Assembly: GCF_026571515.1 (NCBI RefSeq)
Contig: NW_026858322.1
Location: 1 to 64,000 of the forward strand
Reading direction: 5' to 3'
Length of the DNA stretch: 64,000 nucleotides
Source: Ruditapes philippinarum
Taxonomy: Eukaryota
Positions within the stretch are counted from its first letter, which is position 1. The number at the start of each line of letters is the position of its first letter. This document shows, piece by piece, positions 46,217 to 61,012 of the stretch. The notes beneath the pieces were generated by a model. The model did not search any database and was not told the origin of the DNA. It saw only the letters and a list, made by a program, of their open reading frames with translations. A program made the translations under genes and the position numbers.

Positions 46217-48796
46217 ATGTGGATGTTATTTATCCTTCCGGCTTTAATTCAAGGTAACATATAAGCGATACTTGTTAACCTTTTAAAAAAGTATATTCCA
46301 TAACCGTTTGCATTTCGAATGATTATTTTCCAGGAAAGTGGCACACAACTCTACATAATTAATGACATATAACGGTGGAGCACTCTTCCGTTATTTAGCA
46401 GTCTCATGTGTCCATTAAATGATTTAAACAAATCTTAGACAAGAATGACAAGTTGCACTGGGCTTAAAGTTTGGTCTGATCTGAAGACTTGGAACCAATA
46501 TTGTCCTCAAACAATTTGTAACTTATTTGACCAATGAAACAATATTGTCCTCAAACGATTTGTTACTTATTTGACCAATGAAACAATATTGTCCTCAAAC
46601 AATTTGTCACTTATTTGACCATTGAAACAATATTGTCCTCAAACGATTTGTCACTTATTTGACCAATGAAACAATATTGTCCTCAAACGATTTGTAACTT
46701 ATTTGACCAATGAAACAATATTGTCCTCAAACAATTTGTCACTTATTTGACCAATGAAACAATATTGTCCTCAAACGATTTGTAACTTATTTGGCCAATG
46801 AAACAATATTGTCCTCAAACGATTTGTAACTTATTTGGCCAATGAAACAATATTGTCCTCAAACAATTTGTCACTTATTTGACCAATGAAACAATATAGT
46901 CCTCAAACTTTGACCTTAGAAAAGCTTGTATACTAGCTGTTCGCACTCATTTTGTTATCTTATTTGACCCAAGAAACAATATTTTGTAACTTATTTGATG
47001 AAAGGAACGATATTGTCCTTACTCATTTTGTCTTTAATTTGACTCAAGGAACAGTATCGTCCTCATTTATTATGTTACTTATTTGACTCAAGGAACAATA
47101 TTGTCCTCATTTATTATGTTACTTATTTGACTGAAGGAACAATATTGTCCTCACTTATTCTGATACATACTTAATCAAAGGAACAATATTTTCCTCACCC
47201 ATTATGTAAGTTATTCGACTCAACGAATGATAAAGTCCTCAGCAACCAACATTACCAGAAACAACGACTGGCAGCTGCAATCATTAATGTTAAGCATAAT
47301 GATATTCTATAGACTGTTGTCCTTTTATGATTCATGAGGGCATGCCATAAAAAGACACGATGTCAAACAATTTTGTCTTTTCTTATCAGTTTAAATATTA
47401 AGTATCCGCCATTTTTTTCAGTAACCAGCGCACTTCCTGGTAAACGTGGCGCATGCGTCGTGCAGTGTGTCCCAAGTTCCGGTCAATACCAAGATCTTGG
47501 GTTGGCGGAATGTCCATCTGATCACGAATGTAGAAATACGGGGTGTGGCGCGATGTGTTTTCCTACAAGTGTTGATTCACATGCTATAAGTTAGTACCCT
47601 TTTTACTTTTTCATTCAATGGAGTCGGTAAAAAAAACACATCAATGGTTAACATAATAAACAATCAAATTCTAAACGCCACAAAATTGTTTAGTTTTAAG
47701 AATAGTCAAGATAATAATCATCAAATCTTCGTTTTTTCTATTTTAATTTTCTTATTTTATACACCACATGAGTCAGGAATAATTAATTAGTTCGCCACAA
47801 CCATGTTCGTGGTAAATCGGCATTACTCGTTACATTCAGTGAAAATATATAGTAAGTATCTATAAATGATCAAGAGCTATAAGAAGCATCAACGCGCCGC
47901 TTACTAAAACTTTAGGATGCGGAATATGACGAAGTTGTCCGAATATTTACAAGTTATTGCTTGAACACTTATTGCAGACGCTAGAGGATCTTGTATCATG
48001 CTGTGCGGGGATCCAGTCAACAAGAAATGCGGACTTAATGGATACGATTGCTCCTCAAATGGGTGTGGCAGAGAATGTAAACTAAGGGCGGATTATGTGC
48101 AACCTCCACGTTAGTATATTATATATCAACCATTCTTTCATCTTTGGTCATGATTGTATGCTTGTTATATAACCATGTGTTCGATATTCCTTTGCCGCAC
48201 ACAGACTCCACCCACTACATAATGTATTTGTTTTGATTCCTAGAATTTGTCCCATACCACGGGGGAGAAACTGTTACACGAGGGATGGATTTCTTATGAT
48301 AACTTGTCAAGAGTTCTTGTGATAACTGTCACAGAGTTCGTCGGAAAATATTTGCATATACTTCAAAAACACTCGTTTTAACAGTATATATTGCTTTGCT
48401 GTACTCAGAATTCGCCCAATACGTGTTGTATACCATATTCCGTTGTCATACGAAACATTTCATGTGTGTTTTATTTTGGTCATTTTTGGACGATAAATTC
48501 AAATGCAGCATATAAATTACATTGTAAATGTAAACATTCATTTATCATATGTCAGTAAGACGGTAATGGATCGGGATTCGGGAGGTCTTAATGTTCACGC
48601 AATCAGAGGAGCGGAATCAGTTATAAATTTCCTTTTTAAAAACTGGCCTCGATACGTAATGCATTATACATGTATATTATTCATTTCAGACTGCCCAGCG
48701 TTCCATTGTGACCTTCACTGTCCTACTGGTTACTATAGAAACGACCTCGGGTGTGACGTATGTCAGTGTGCTTATACTATAGTTGACTCTAATTGA
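46217..48796 (+). CDS. Small secreted cysteine-rich protein (signal peptide, two 6-Cys WAP-like modules, one antistasin-like module), 147 aa; exons 46217-46253, 47422-47589, 47978-48109, 48690-48796
   Basis: MWMLFILPALIQ|VTSALPGKRGACVVQC..ECPSDHECRNTGCGAMC..|NARGSCIMLC..KCGLNGYDCSSNGCGREC..|HCPAFHCDLHCPTGYYRNDLGCDVCQC..*; all introns phase 1; 444 nt; ATTAAA at about 48823. Confidence 0.82.
46496..47230. repeat. 44-bp minisatellite (about 9 homogeneous plus about 7 degenerate copies)
   Basis: AATATTGTCCTCAAACGATTTGTAACTTATTTGACCAATGAAAC in the intron of the Cys-rich gene. Confidence 0.9.
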
Positions 48797-49859
48797 TTGC
48801 AAGCATAATTTTGTAATGGTACATTAAAGACATTTTCCTTCTAGTCATTGTCGCATTTTTAATTTTATTTCTAGAAACATTATTTTTATAAACTTTTTAG
48901 ATTGCAGTTTCACAAAAGGTTAAAGGTCAAACGTGTTCCTTTTCTTTTATGGATTGGAGAATTCTTTTATATAATATTGCCAATAAATACTGGTTTAACT
49001 GCATGTGGTATTAAATATAACCACTTAATCTACATATATTTTGAATCATCATGGTTTTATCCCGAAAAGCCCATCTCACAAATATTTATAACTTTAAAAT
49101 AAAGAAAACGTATAAATGTGTTTTATAGTCTGTGTTCTGATATAATACATTCAACATACATTTAATGAAATGTAATATTTTGCAAAGTCAACTAATTACG
49201 TATTTTTGACGCGTTTATATTTCTATTTCAAAACATTATTTTTGCGAAGAACGCGCCCTTGGGCACAAGAGCTCTGTGACGCGAATATATGACTAAAGTA
49301 CACGAGAAATCATGCCTATGATTAATATTTATGAAATTTTAAATGAAAGACATAGCAAACAGAAGAGATATTAAGGTTGTCTTACTGCAATGCTTTCCCG
49401 CCAAAAATATAAAATCGGCCAATATCGTAACAAATCGGTCATTTCAGGAACGTTATTTTTCACATGTTCAATCATTTTTTTAACGTTTATAACCGGAATT
49501 TAGTACACAACAAAAAAGGGTTGAGTTGTAAATAAATAAAAGGTTCAAAAGTACTCGGTAATATGTACATATTGAAGTCATATAATAATTGACACTTTAA
49601 GAAATATAGTTATACGCTACCAAAAAGTCATGCGGCGTATTCAGGGCTATCAGCACTTTGATATATAAGTTTGTGCATTCCAAAGATATCTTTAATTGTT
49701 TTGTTTATTACAATACTGGTGTATTTTTACGGAGTAAAGCTTTAATTAAATGAAATTGTAAATTAAAAACAATTGATCATATTTCTTTAAATCTGTGAAC
49801 ATTTGTAAGTTAAATAAAATTCTTTAGGTAGTCACTTAATTGCATATGACTGTACAGAA

Positions 49860-50511
49860 ATCCAATGTACTTCGGATTGAAACAGGTGGATATGGTGCTA
49901 ATAGATTACCCCGAGAGGAACGCATATGTCAGCTTTGCGATAGTAATGAAATAGAAGATGAATTCCATTTTATATGTGTTTGTAATAGTTACTCTAATAT
50001 ACGTTCTCTTTACATTAAGCAATACTACTACAGAAGACCAAGTATGTTCAAATTGATTGAATTATTAAGAACCGAAAAGAAGTCTGAATTAATAGGTTTA
50101 GGTAAATATTTGTATTATGCTACAAAACATTGAATTGAACTACTAAATGCTCTGTAAATCAATGTATAAATTTGTCTCGTTGTATTTAAAAGTGATATTG
50201 TTTATTTCTTGAAATTATTTGATAATGTGTCTAGTATGAAACATTGTTAAATGGAATCTTATCACAGCATATGATTAAGTTTAAAATCCATTTTTTTTTT
50301 ATATCTTTAAGAATGTAAACGCTTTATAATAGATAAGCTCACTTTAGTACTAAATGGTGTTAACGTTCATTCTCCAAAAATATGTAAATTGAAAATTTGT
50401 GCTACAACTTTGTTCATGTACCATGATATTGTGTTTGATTGTACTATATAAATGTGTGTAATATGACTATGTACTGAATGTATACGTCAATAAATTATCT
50501 ATCTATCTATC
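49860..50511 (+). mobile_element. 5'-truncated non-LTR retrotransposon (LINE) 3' end
   Basis: LRIETGGY..RICQLC..EIEDEFHFICVC..Y C-terminal Cys/His motif of LINE ORF2; ends AATAAA plus (ATCT)n tail. Confidence 0.75.
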
Positions 50512-50656
50512 TTGAAACTGTTTGACTTCCATTTAAATGTTTAATCCTATTCAAATGTGAAAACCAGTTAGTTGAAATTCTTATAATAAACCAAAATTGT
50601 GATTGTCCATTTTTTGGGCCTCGTATATAGAGACGTACATAAAATGCATATAGCCA

Positions 50657-50905
50657 AGAGGTCCGGAGTGTGTCTTGGCAGTTGGCACTGAGGCTGGTAC
50701 CAGGTCCGGAGTATGTCTTGGGTATTAGTCTAACCCACTGAGGCTGGTACCAGGTCCGGAGTGTGTCTTCGGTGTTAATCTAACCCACTGAGGCTGGTAC
50801 CAGGTCCGGAGTGTGTCTTCGGTGTTAATCTAACCCACTGAGGCTGGTACCAGGTCCGGAGTGTGTCTTGGGTATTAATCTAACCCACTGAGGCTGGGAC
50901 CAGTC
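50657..50905. repeat. 50-bp tandem repeat, about 4.5 copies
   Basis: GAGGCTGGTACCAGGTCCGGAGTGTGTCTTCGGTGTTAATCTAACCCACT. Confidence 0.9.
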
Positions 50906-52786
50906 CGACAGGAGTTAGAACACACAGTAGTTAAAACAAAGTAACTTAAAATATAAACACTAAACATTACCAAAATTCAAAAAGCGACTGTGACATTTCT
51001 AGCAAAATACAGGTGTTCTAGATTTAGACCTCACCTTTTTCTTCATCTACGGCATAGTTATTATTCGATATGACCTTTTTAAGGGGTGATGGACGGGGAG
51101 GCAACGACTTTTTTTAAAGGTCATATCATGATATGGTAAAATTTCCAGTTACTGTCGGAGGAAGACATTAGGTGTCCCTTCGTGCATCATTTCAGGCACG
51201 GACAGGCACACGAGTAGAACCACCAACGTTCTGTAAGCTATAACTGGGTAACGTCCTCATATGAAAGAACCATAAGTCCTTGGTAGGATTCTTACCATCA
51301 GCGGCAAGGAAAAAGTGTTTCACAACCAACGAACTTGACCACTCGACCACGGACGTTTTTATCACACTAACTTTTATTTCTCGTTATTTACTGTGAGAGG
51401 ACCTGTATCATGTGCTGCATTAGGGGTTTAAGTTGTTGTTTTTTTTTCTTTATGAAAACACACCCGTTCGAGAGGTGACCCTGATGCATGTGACCTTGAT
51501 TTAAAAAAGACCCTAAGTATTGTGAGTTTGGGGAGATGGCAAACCTGCAAGCCCTTCATTACTAGTCCAGCACGTTATCACTGAACCAAAGATACGCTCC
51601 AAAACACTATCATACTATTGTTTGTAAATTTGGTTTATATACACACCAAAATTTCACCATATGGGGGAGACAATAATGCCTGGTCTTCGAACAGTATAGA
51701 GCCAGACTACCAATACACCCATACAGTCTGGTTGTCTGACTTAACCCTCTTGACAACTTAAAGATCCTGTAACACAATTTTTTTATGGTTTTATATCATA
51801 ATTACGATGCTCAAATTATGATTGATCAATTTTGTAAGTTCCAAAAAGCATTATTTATAAAGATATTACCGAATTTAACATTTCATGTAAATAAAGGGAG
51901 GTAATTAAAAATTTGTTTTCTATAAAGTCTAAGTAAAATTTTCAATAAGAAATGAATGCATATATTGTAATATGTACAAATATTTGTTCTACATATTTTA
52001 CATATTCTTCGATGTTTGAAAATTGTTTTATAAGCATAATTATATACATATACGAACATGTATATAATTTCATTTAAGTGTGTTATACAACCTCAATTAC
52101 AATTAATACAATGTAACGGGCAATTAGAAATTCAAAAAATACAAATTTGGCATGGTCTTAATTCAAAGCAATACATGTTTGTCATATGATATATCATAAG
52201 AGTTTAAGAACACACACTGATGAGTTTAATTTAGCACTTTATTTTTACATCACATACAAAATGAATGAATGGGTGAAATTGAACATCACAATTCATGGAG
52301 CAATGTTTACTCAATGTAATATCAGTTAATATAGAAGTGTACAACAGACATATCTTAATTCTGTATTTGTCTTACAAATCAGTATCATATTAATTAACAA
52401 CAAATACTTGTTCGAAGAAAGTAAAAGTAAATACAGTGTCTGTGCATGAAATTGTTTTCGTACCCAATTTAATCTTACTTTAACACAGTTATTTCAATAT
52501 GTCTTTTTATTTGTTTTTGTTTTTATTTACCAGAACTTCAAAATATACGCCATAGCTTTACTGTAAAAGAACACAGCTCTTTCATAGATAAATTACATAT
52601 ATTCTTTTTTCCTTTATAGCACTAATATGTAATAAAATCCGAAAAAATAGTTCCGGAGCAGGAAACAGCCGCCAAGAAAGTAGTCCGTACAAAGAAAGTA
52701 GTCCGACCAAGAAAGTAGTCCGTCACAAAAGTAAATGGTCCAACAAATTAATGATAAATAGTGAATGTGAGATTGCTGTTGAAAGT

Positions 52787-55700
52787 TTATTCATATCCCC
52801 TGAAAAATAAAATAGAAAATATTTAAATGACAGGAATTTAGCTTCATGCCAATATTACTTATGTAAAAAAAGTAAACAGAACAGAACAGGAAGTATTTTT
52901 AAGAAAAGATAAACTTTAGTTTCAGACCCCGTCAGGGCCCAGTCGTTGTTTCCTTGAGCAAGAAACTTTACACTCATTGCTCAGTACTGGTTGGTTCCAG
53001 GAACGGATTCGAAAGTGTGTTTATAAGCTTATAGCTTCCTACACGATCGAACTAAAATAAATTCTGTATAAACCAACTTTATTTGACCTGTAATAGGGAA
53101 CGCAGCTTCCCCTACATAGTTTATTTATCTGTTATTCAAATTAGACACATTCAGAAAGAATTTCAGAAGATTTCAAAACATTTCTGTTTTACTCAATGAT
53201 GAGCATTAGTACATCTTTAACACAAAATACTAGGCATAATTACTTCATCCCTGTCTTTATGAAAGTACAGCAAGGCAATATAGTTACATATAGAATGATA
53301 CTTCTGCCAGGGAGTTGTTCAGATATTTTCGTATGAATGCAAAAATTTTCTGCTATAACATTACTGAAGGGAAGTTTTGAAATTGTGTGTTTCTTTTTTT
53401 CATTATAATTCAGTTTTATAGAGATAGATATTTAATATTTATGCCAGTCTTTAAACCATTATAATATATATATTTTTTCACCATACTGGTACTGTAGAGG
53501 ATATCTTAATTTATCTACATTATTTATTATCATTATAACTCGACATAAAACTTACTTGATTAAATGAGCTATTTCCCAGTTAGGTTGTGAGGCAACTGGG
53601 GTCCTGATTTCTACACCATCTTTTGTTACTATAGCAATCTCATACTGCAATTACAACAACAAATTCCTTAACATAAAACCAAGGGTGTTGGTATATTGTA
53701 AATATTCCTAAAATACTGTTTATCAGGTTATTTTTGTGTACAGCAAATTTCCCAATTCTGGCAGTAATCTTATTTTAATGAATCTAATTTTAGCAATTTT
53801 GTTGTACATGTTTCTAGTTTTGCGTTATTCTACTGACAAAAAGAGACCACTTTTTTTGTCAGAGATTTACTGTTTTCACAGGTAATGATGTATTGCTTAC
53901 AAGTATGTATTGGGTATTTCACACCTACTGCTCTAAAGCAGAAAATAAAGTTCGAGAAACTTGGAATTCCGGTATTTAATAAAGGTAAATTCAGTGAACC
54001 TATTTTTCAAGGTATTCACTGCACATGAATATAGTGAGTTAGATACTCATGAAAAAAATCTGATATGCAGGACCGAATATCATGGCAGATATGATATATA
54101 TCATATTACCTTATTTAATGACCTAGCATCTCTGTAGTACAACACTCTCATACATTTATCAATAGTTTCTACAGCTTGTTTAGCATCCATGTTCGGTCTC
54201 TTCTCTAATGCATCACGGAGTAATGGCTGGAAGTGAAAAAATAGAAACATATCATAAACTAGTTTATTAGAGTCTCCTCCACATGTACACATTATAGTAT
54301 ACACATAGTAAAACTAACAATACATTTTTACAAATGGTCATTCTTGTAGAGAATTCAGGGCTTCCATTAAGTTCCAAAATTCGGAAGTTTAGACTGCAAA
54401 ATCCTTGACAGTCACATTGGAAGTCACATAATATAGGTAAAGAAGGAAAAGCATTATATATTTTGGAAATCACAAGCCAAAATCAAGGAGTAAATGACTC
54501 CCAAACTTCCGCTAACAGAATTTTAGGATACTATTAAAAACTATGGAATGCTTAACATCTTTACACATGCAACATGAACTACCATATACCACTGTCATAG
54601 TGCAATATTCTATTGAATTCTGTTTTGCCAGATTTCAAGTTACTCAGACACTGTAATTGTAAAGATAATTATTATGGTGACTTTCCAGCTGTTTGAAAGA
54701 GTCTTCTGGTAACATCGGAGGATTATTTCAGATACAGGCAGAAACCAGAACAGTACCACAGATATTCCATAAGCTAGCTGGATAGATTCCCCTCATGAAA
54801 AAATGCAAAGTCCCTGATGTGATTCAAATCCACAGTGGTGAGGATTTAACATGGTACTGTACATAAATTTTCACTGCAAATAAAGTTACTATGTAATCCT
54901 ATGTTTTTGGAGGACAAAAGTTATTCCTTTACAACTACTTAACAGAATTTCCATGGTAAATGACAAAGGTTTTATGCATGTTGCACTTTTCTGTTCAACC
55001 AGATCTATTTTCGTTACTGCCATGATGAGGCAAAAAAGGCAGGCTGTCACCTCTCCCAAAATCAAAAGAGCTTGCGCACAGATAGATTTCCAAATATAAA
55101 TATTATTCAACATTACAGAACATAAAATACCTGAGCGATATATGCTCCATAACCCGTGGATACTGAAGGTGCCTGGTACGCTGTACCTATCTTATCTACG
55201 TAACCGAGAAATCTGTAATATACATGTACATGATCATAGTATAACTATAAATTATCTGATGAATGAAGATTAATTTTAGAAATAGTATATCTGTGATGAA
55301 AATTTTGAAAATGTATTTAAAAGCAAAAAATTATGAAGTAAACAAAGACAGTTTGCAACACATTGCAAACAGCACTTAAATCCATATAAATTTAATGCCT
55401 AAAAAGAGGTGAAAATATGCAAAAATAGCACTTACTGAGTGGTCACGCAGTAGAAATATAATGATAAATACTGCAAAATTAGTCATTAATCGCGCATAAC
55501 ATGTAATATTATTACTTGAATCTTTGCATCTACTAATTTTTTTTAGATCTTAGTACATTTTACTGTGGTTTGATTTGATCTGGAGGCATGCAGCTTTAAA
55601 GTTTCATATTATCATCTTATATATATAAATATTAATCTTACGGCTCTTCATCGTGCCAGCCAGCCACAACGTAAGTGTTCCACAGTGGATTGATGTTAGA

Positions 55701-58700
55701 TCTTCTGTTGTACATGACTCGTGTCAACCAGGAGAATAAGCTGGACGGTGTATACCCAAACCCATCGTTCAAACATTCCTCGTCTATTCTGTTAACATAG
55801 AGATTGTTATATTAACTTTTACCACACTACATATCTTCAATGACTAGCTGAGCTTTCAAACTGGACTAAACTATTAATCATTTTTAGGGAATATTTCAAA
55901 ATATGTACTGACTGAATAGCAAACAGTGCAGACCATGATCAAACAGCAATGATGTGCTGGTGATCTTAGACTGCAATGGCCCTCAAAGGGTAGACTTAGC
56001 CATCCCCTTCAGGCTAAGGATGTATTCAAATTTTCTTAACTTGCCAATTGTTGAATTTATATAAATTTGCATCAAACTTTTCTAGTTCAGTGTTTGTTTG
56101 ATTGGATTTTACGTCACACTGACTAAATATAGGTCATATATGTATGGCAACATTTCAGCTTTACAAGTGGAGGAAGACCTCCGGTGACCTTACATGCATT
56201 ATTTCAGGCACAAACGCCAAAGGGGTAAGTAGAACCACCTATGTTTCATAAGCTAGCAGGATAGCTTCAGTACATGAAAAAATCCAAAGTCCCTGTCTAA
56301 ATTCGAACCCACAGCTGAGAGTGGCAAGTGTTTTAAATCAACGACCTTAATAATCAGCATGGACTCCCACATAGTTAAGTGTACATGTATGCACTTTTAA
56401 CCCTATCAAACTGTAACTAAGTTTTCTTGTTACTTTCGAAAATAATTCACACCCAAAACCTGGGACAGATCATTATTTATATGGCACTATTTTAATACAT
56501 TCATGGAAGATTCACTTACACTCTTTGTTCAATAATTTCTGATAAGAATTGGTAGTCAGCATAGTCTCCACTAGCTCCTACAACACATGAGTCATTTACC
56601 TGAAATATAATCACACAGAAATTGTATATGTCATATGGCAACTTTTCAGATGCACTAGTGGGTACATTTGTGCATTATTCCAGAAATGAACAGACATCTG
56701 TGTAAAACTATAGACTAAATTCAATGTCCTAAATTGGATTTGAACCAAAACATGATGAGGTTCTAGTCAGTAACCATTACCATAGGGCCAAGGAGGCTGT
56801 TAACTTTTTATCTTTCTTTTTTTTCATATTAAATTTGTTTATTAGATTCATTTCTGTAAATAATAGTTAATAGAATATAAATTTTTACTTAAAATTAATC
56901 TATGAAGCTTTACAGTTATCCTTAAACTGCTGAAACTGAAATTATTAGCCAACAGTATAGAGCCGGACCAGAAAGCACAATAGTGTAGACTGACAAGACT
57001 CTAAACTAACACTGTTAATTAACTAATTTTGATTTTTCATCTTAAAATCTCCAAAGTTGATAATAGAAATTTCCGATAAATGTAGGCTGGACAAAAAAAC
57101 CTCAGCAGATTAAGAGTTAATCATGTGAGATTCTTGTAATGACTTACCTTCAAAATTCTTGAAAGATCTCTAAATCTAGCCATAGATCCATATGACCCTA
57201 ATTTATCTGCAGCTATCACAACACCACCATTAAATTTTATACCCAGAACTGATGTTCCTGTAACTGTTGGGTACCTGAAACAAATAAATAATTTTATAAC
57301 AGAGGGTGCCAGGGTCAGCAAAACCTGAATTTATATTACTTGTGAATTTTACATAAAGCATTTCTTTACTTGTCCGTATGAATTGATACTCTGGAAAAAA
57401 TTCACTGGTCCGTACAGACTGTGGGACAAAGTAGTGTTGAGTGAACTATGCAGACGAAAGTATGTAGTTCTAAGTGTATATTGTCTACAGTAAATCAGTC
57501 CACAAGTAAATTAAAATAATGTGCCCTCTGATGGATATAAATATGGCAGGGATGAAAATTAGCGGTCGCCCAGTCGCCCACGGCGACTTAATTTGCAAAT
57601 GGGCCACCAAAAATTTCAAAATAGTCGTCCAGTCGGCGACTAAAAAATCGGCCGTAGATTAAATTAATATCCGCCATTAAATCAACTCATGTGAAAAATC
57701 AAAGGATCAAATTGGCTCCAAAACAGGGCTCCAGATAAGATGCGTATACGCGTAAATTACGCATGGAAATAACACGTTTACGCATTCAAAACAAAATTTA
57801 AGCGTATGAAAACGCACACAAAATTCAGGTTACGCATTGAGCAACATTTCTTTCGCGTAAACGTAACCGAAAGTAAACTCTGTGATTATCTTATTTTTAA
57901 TTTCGTCTGAACGCTTTGCAAGCGTCTACCGGTAACTTCCTGTAGTTCCGACCATCATCGGTTGTTATCGTATGTATAGTATGGTGGTGGAATTAACTTC
58001 GTATGAATGCTTTGCAACGTCTAACGGAAACTTCCTGTAGTTCCGACTATCATCGGATGTTATCGTATGTATAGTAAGGTGGTGGAATTAACACAATTTC
58101 ATAAACATCCGGTACAATGTCGCTGTCAAGAGTTAAAACGATTGACTCGTATTTTATGCCGAAAAAATCGGCGAAGGTTATAATTAATGAAATAATTAGC
58201 GCTGCCACGTATGAGCAACAGAAACATGCCTCAGGTTCAGATAAAACATATGCCGTTTGGAAATGCAAGATTGTAAACCAAGGGAGTCCAAAAAGCAAAG
58301 GAAATGACTTTGACATATCTTGTATTACAAGAATGATAATGCAATAAACATGGAAGCATAATAAATGTTTTACTCTTTTACATACATTTATTTTAAGGAG
58401 TAAAAATACTCCTGCCAAATTTCAGATTTCAAGTTTTACTCATTCACAAAAAAATCAATGAGTAAATACTCATTGCCCTAAAAAATTATCTGGAGACCTG
58501 TCCAAAATTATTAAATTGGCTCAAGAAAATCACGATTGGCTCAAACTTCCACTTTTGGAATCTCCAGTCTAAATTTAGCATTTGCTATTTTAAGAATGGA
58601 AAAGTACACATTTGGTTTTCCATTTTTAATTTCCGCTTTACCGCTTCTTATCTCAAACACAGCGACACAGTCTACTTCTTGTGGGTCATTGACTGGTTTA

Positions 58701-60714
58701 TATTTTTACTTCCCCTTCTGTATTAAATATCGATATGAAAAGAAACACAGTCTAATACACTGACCCTCACCGTTTGTTTACATCAGCTGATAAATATGAC
58801 ACTAATTGTCGTGAACATACCTGGCAGTTTGTTGAATATGCTTTGGAAATTTGGTTCTAAATATTTAATATGAAACAATGAGTTGTGGCATCCCAAGATT
58901 ACTCAAGATTATCGCTAATCAAATCTGAAGATTGGGTATTAAATAGGGACAAATTATGTTCTGCAGTTGACAACTTGACCTGTTGACAGTAAGTTTGCAT
59001 TCAGTAAATTTTAAGAGTAATGGTTGTTATTTTATGTTTTTGTTTTTTTTTTTCACTTTTTTTTCTTTGCGGGAGGGGGTTGATTGCCATTTTATTCTAA
59101 CCTAATTATGCCTTTACAAGAAATTTATTTGACGTTTGGCTTTACAGAGAATTCCTTGGAAAAAAAGAGTGACCTTGATTTGACTTAAAATCAAACCCCT
59201 AAAGCTCTTGCAGAAGTATTCATTTATAAAATAAATGGCTTATGACTATGAAATATTAAAGAAAGATTCAGTTAAGTAACATACAAACAGAAAATGCCTT
59301 CAGATAACTTATACTGATTCCTGTACTCTTATAATGACAGTAGTACATGTGATTTTATTCCTTAATTATCTTAATTTAGTTTAGAATTTTCAATATTATT
59401 TTCTTCACTCTTCTTACTTTCAAACTTGTTTCTTCTGTATTATTTCAGATACAGATAGTCTTCAAGCCAAATCTTTGTCATTAACCAAGCAAGCTGAAGC
59501 AGCACATTGGAATGTGTTTCTGCTGTTACTGTCATGCCACTGACTTAACCAGGCAAATGTCATAGCTACTGAGCTGCAAGCTTTTATAATTATTGACTGT
59601 AAATTTTATAAGTTTGATGTGGTTATATATGTGATAAATGTAGGTACCAAAATAAAAGTGGACAATATAGTTTATGTTTTTCTAAATACATCATGCCGTT
59701 ACATTCTGCCTTGTACCATTCTGCCTTATTTGAAAATAAAATACAGGCACGCAATTTTCGTTGCCAAAAAATTGGCTAAAAAAATTTGCCAGTGGTAGTC
59801 CCTTTCTGTTCATAATTTGTTGGTCCACTAATATATTTACTGGGCCACCAAAATTTTACAGTCAGTGGCCCAGGTGGCCACCAAGCTTAAATGGTTAGTT
59901 TTTATCCCTGTTATGGTCATATAATAGCGAGCTCAACGAGCTGGCCCAAAGGGCCTGCTCCTACAGCGAGCTTTCGGTAACGCGAGTACCTGCATAGTGA
60001 TGGTTTTGAAAACTATCGTCCGAAGTACCGAATTGGACACATCGCATCTTTTCGAATTACAAGATAACGATAAAAACCGATGTACTCTGATTGAAATCGG
60101 AAGCGTAGACTGGTGTCATGCGCATTTATATAGGAACCATAATAGAAAGGGGAAACCAGCATAAACGGAAGCAGTGTATAAAATACCGAATGAAAATTTT
60201 AAAACGGATAATGTAAAATAAAAATGAACGATTATTTTAAACTATTTTAGGGTAAAAGAAAATTGAGCTCGCTTTGAGGCTTTGCCTTTTTCATATTAGT
60301 GATATGTGTTACCAATTCAGTCTTTTAGAGCTCGCTTTTCATTGTGTTATTGATTCACAAAAATAAATAATCTGACATCAAAATTGAACTAAATAGACCA
60401 CTTGCAGAAGGTGTGCTTTTCTTACTGTACATACTTTTATAACAGCTTAACAAATAATTACTGTTAAATTACTCGATTACTCATGTGCTTGAATAAAATT
60501 ACTACCCCACCCACAAAAAATTACCATGAAATTTGCAGTGTCACTAAAGCCGGTACATGATTTCAATAACGGTTGGAAACAAACAAGTGAAGAAAGATAC
60601 TTACAACGTTCTTTTGATGGGCTCATCCTTACTGTTTAATTTTCCCCCTGGAAAATTGTAGAAGCACCCTGGTTGAGGTCCATTTCTCCACAATTCTGTC
60701 GATATCGCTTCCAT
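52787..60714 (-). CDS. PSMB4: Proteasome subunit beta type-4 (beta7), 254 aa; exons 60714-60605, 57274-57148, 56599-56520, 55788-55642, 55212-55131, 54226-54110, 53644-53556, 52799-52787
   Basis: W.NGP.PG.FYNFPG propeptide, [90 protein letters not shown]; 765 nt, GT-AG. Confidence 0.96.
52925..53070 (+). mobile_element. CORE-SINE-like fragment
   Basis: GTTGTTTCCTTGAGCAAGAAACTTTAC..TTGCTCAGTACTGGTTGGTTCCAGG; reverse copies near 44060-44200 and 8900-8960. Confidence 0.55.
57547..59910. mobile_element. hAT-like non-autonomous element (CAGGGAT..ATCCCTG) in PSMB4 intron 1
   Basis: TIRs CAGGGATGAAAA / TTTTTATCCCTG; flanks ATATGG / TTATGG; GGCGAC/GGCCAC subterminal motifs. Confidence 0.65.
57724..58500. 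mobile_element. hAT-like element nested inside the previous one
   Basis: TIRs CAGGGCTCCAGATAA / TTATCTGGAGACCTG; TCCAAAA on both flanks. Confidence 0.75.
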
Positions 60715-60974
60715 TTTTACCGGAAGTTTGTAGAAATTGAAATATTCCGTATCTTACGGAATACATACCGGAATTAGTGTCCTATTAATTGACAGTCTAC
60801 GGTCTTCGTGAAAGACAGACCTATAACAGAATATTATACGGTGTCATGAAAAATGTTTACTTACTTACTTGAAAAACAAAAGAAAAAGGTTAAAAATAAA
60901 AAATAATAATAATGTGCTAAAGAATATCTTTGTTTTTTGTTTTTTTAGAAGTCTCGATTTTCATACATTTTCAT

Positions 60975-61012
60975 CAGGTACGTATATTAATTAACGTTAA
61001 TATACGTACCTG
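60975..61012. mobile_element. 38-bp minimal TIR-only element with an 8-bp TSD
   Basis: CAGGTACGTATATTAA-TTAACG-TTAATATACGTACCTG flanked by ATTTTCAT on both sides. Confidence 0.75.

Noticed and set aside
46496-47230. 44-bp array as junction-derived
   Set aside because: It does not overlap or resemble the flanking exon boundaries at 46253 or 47422
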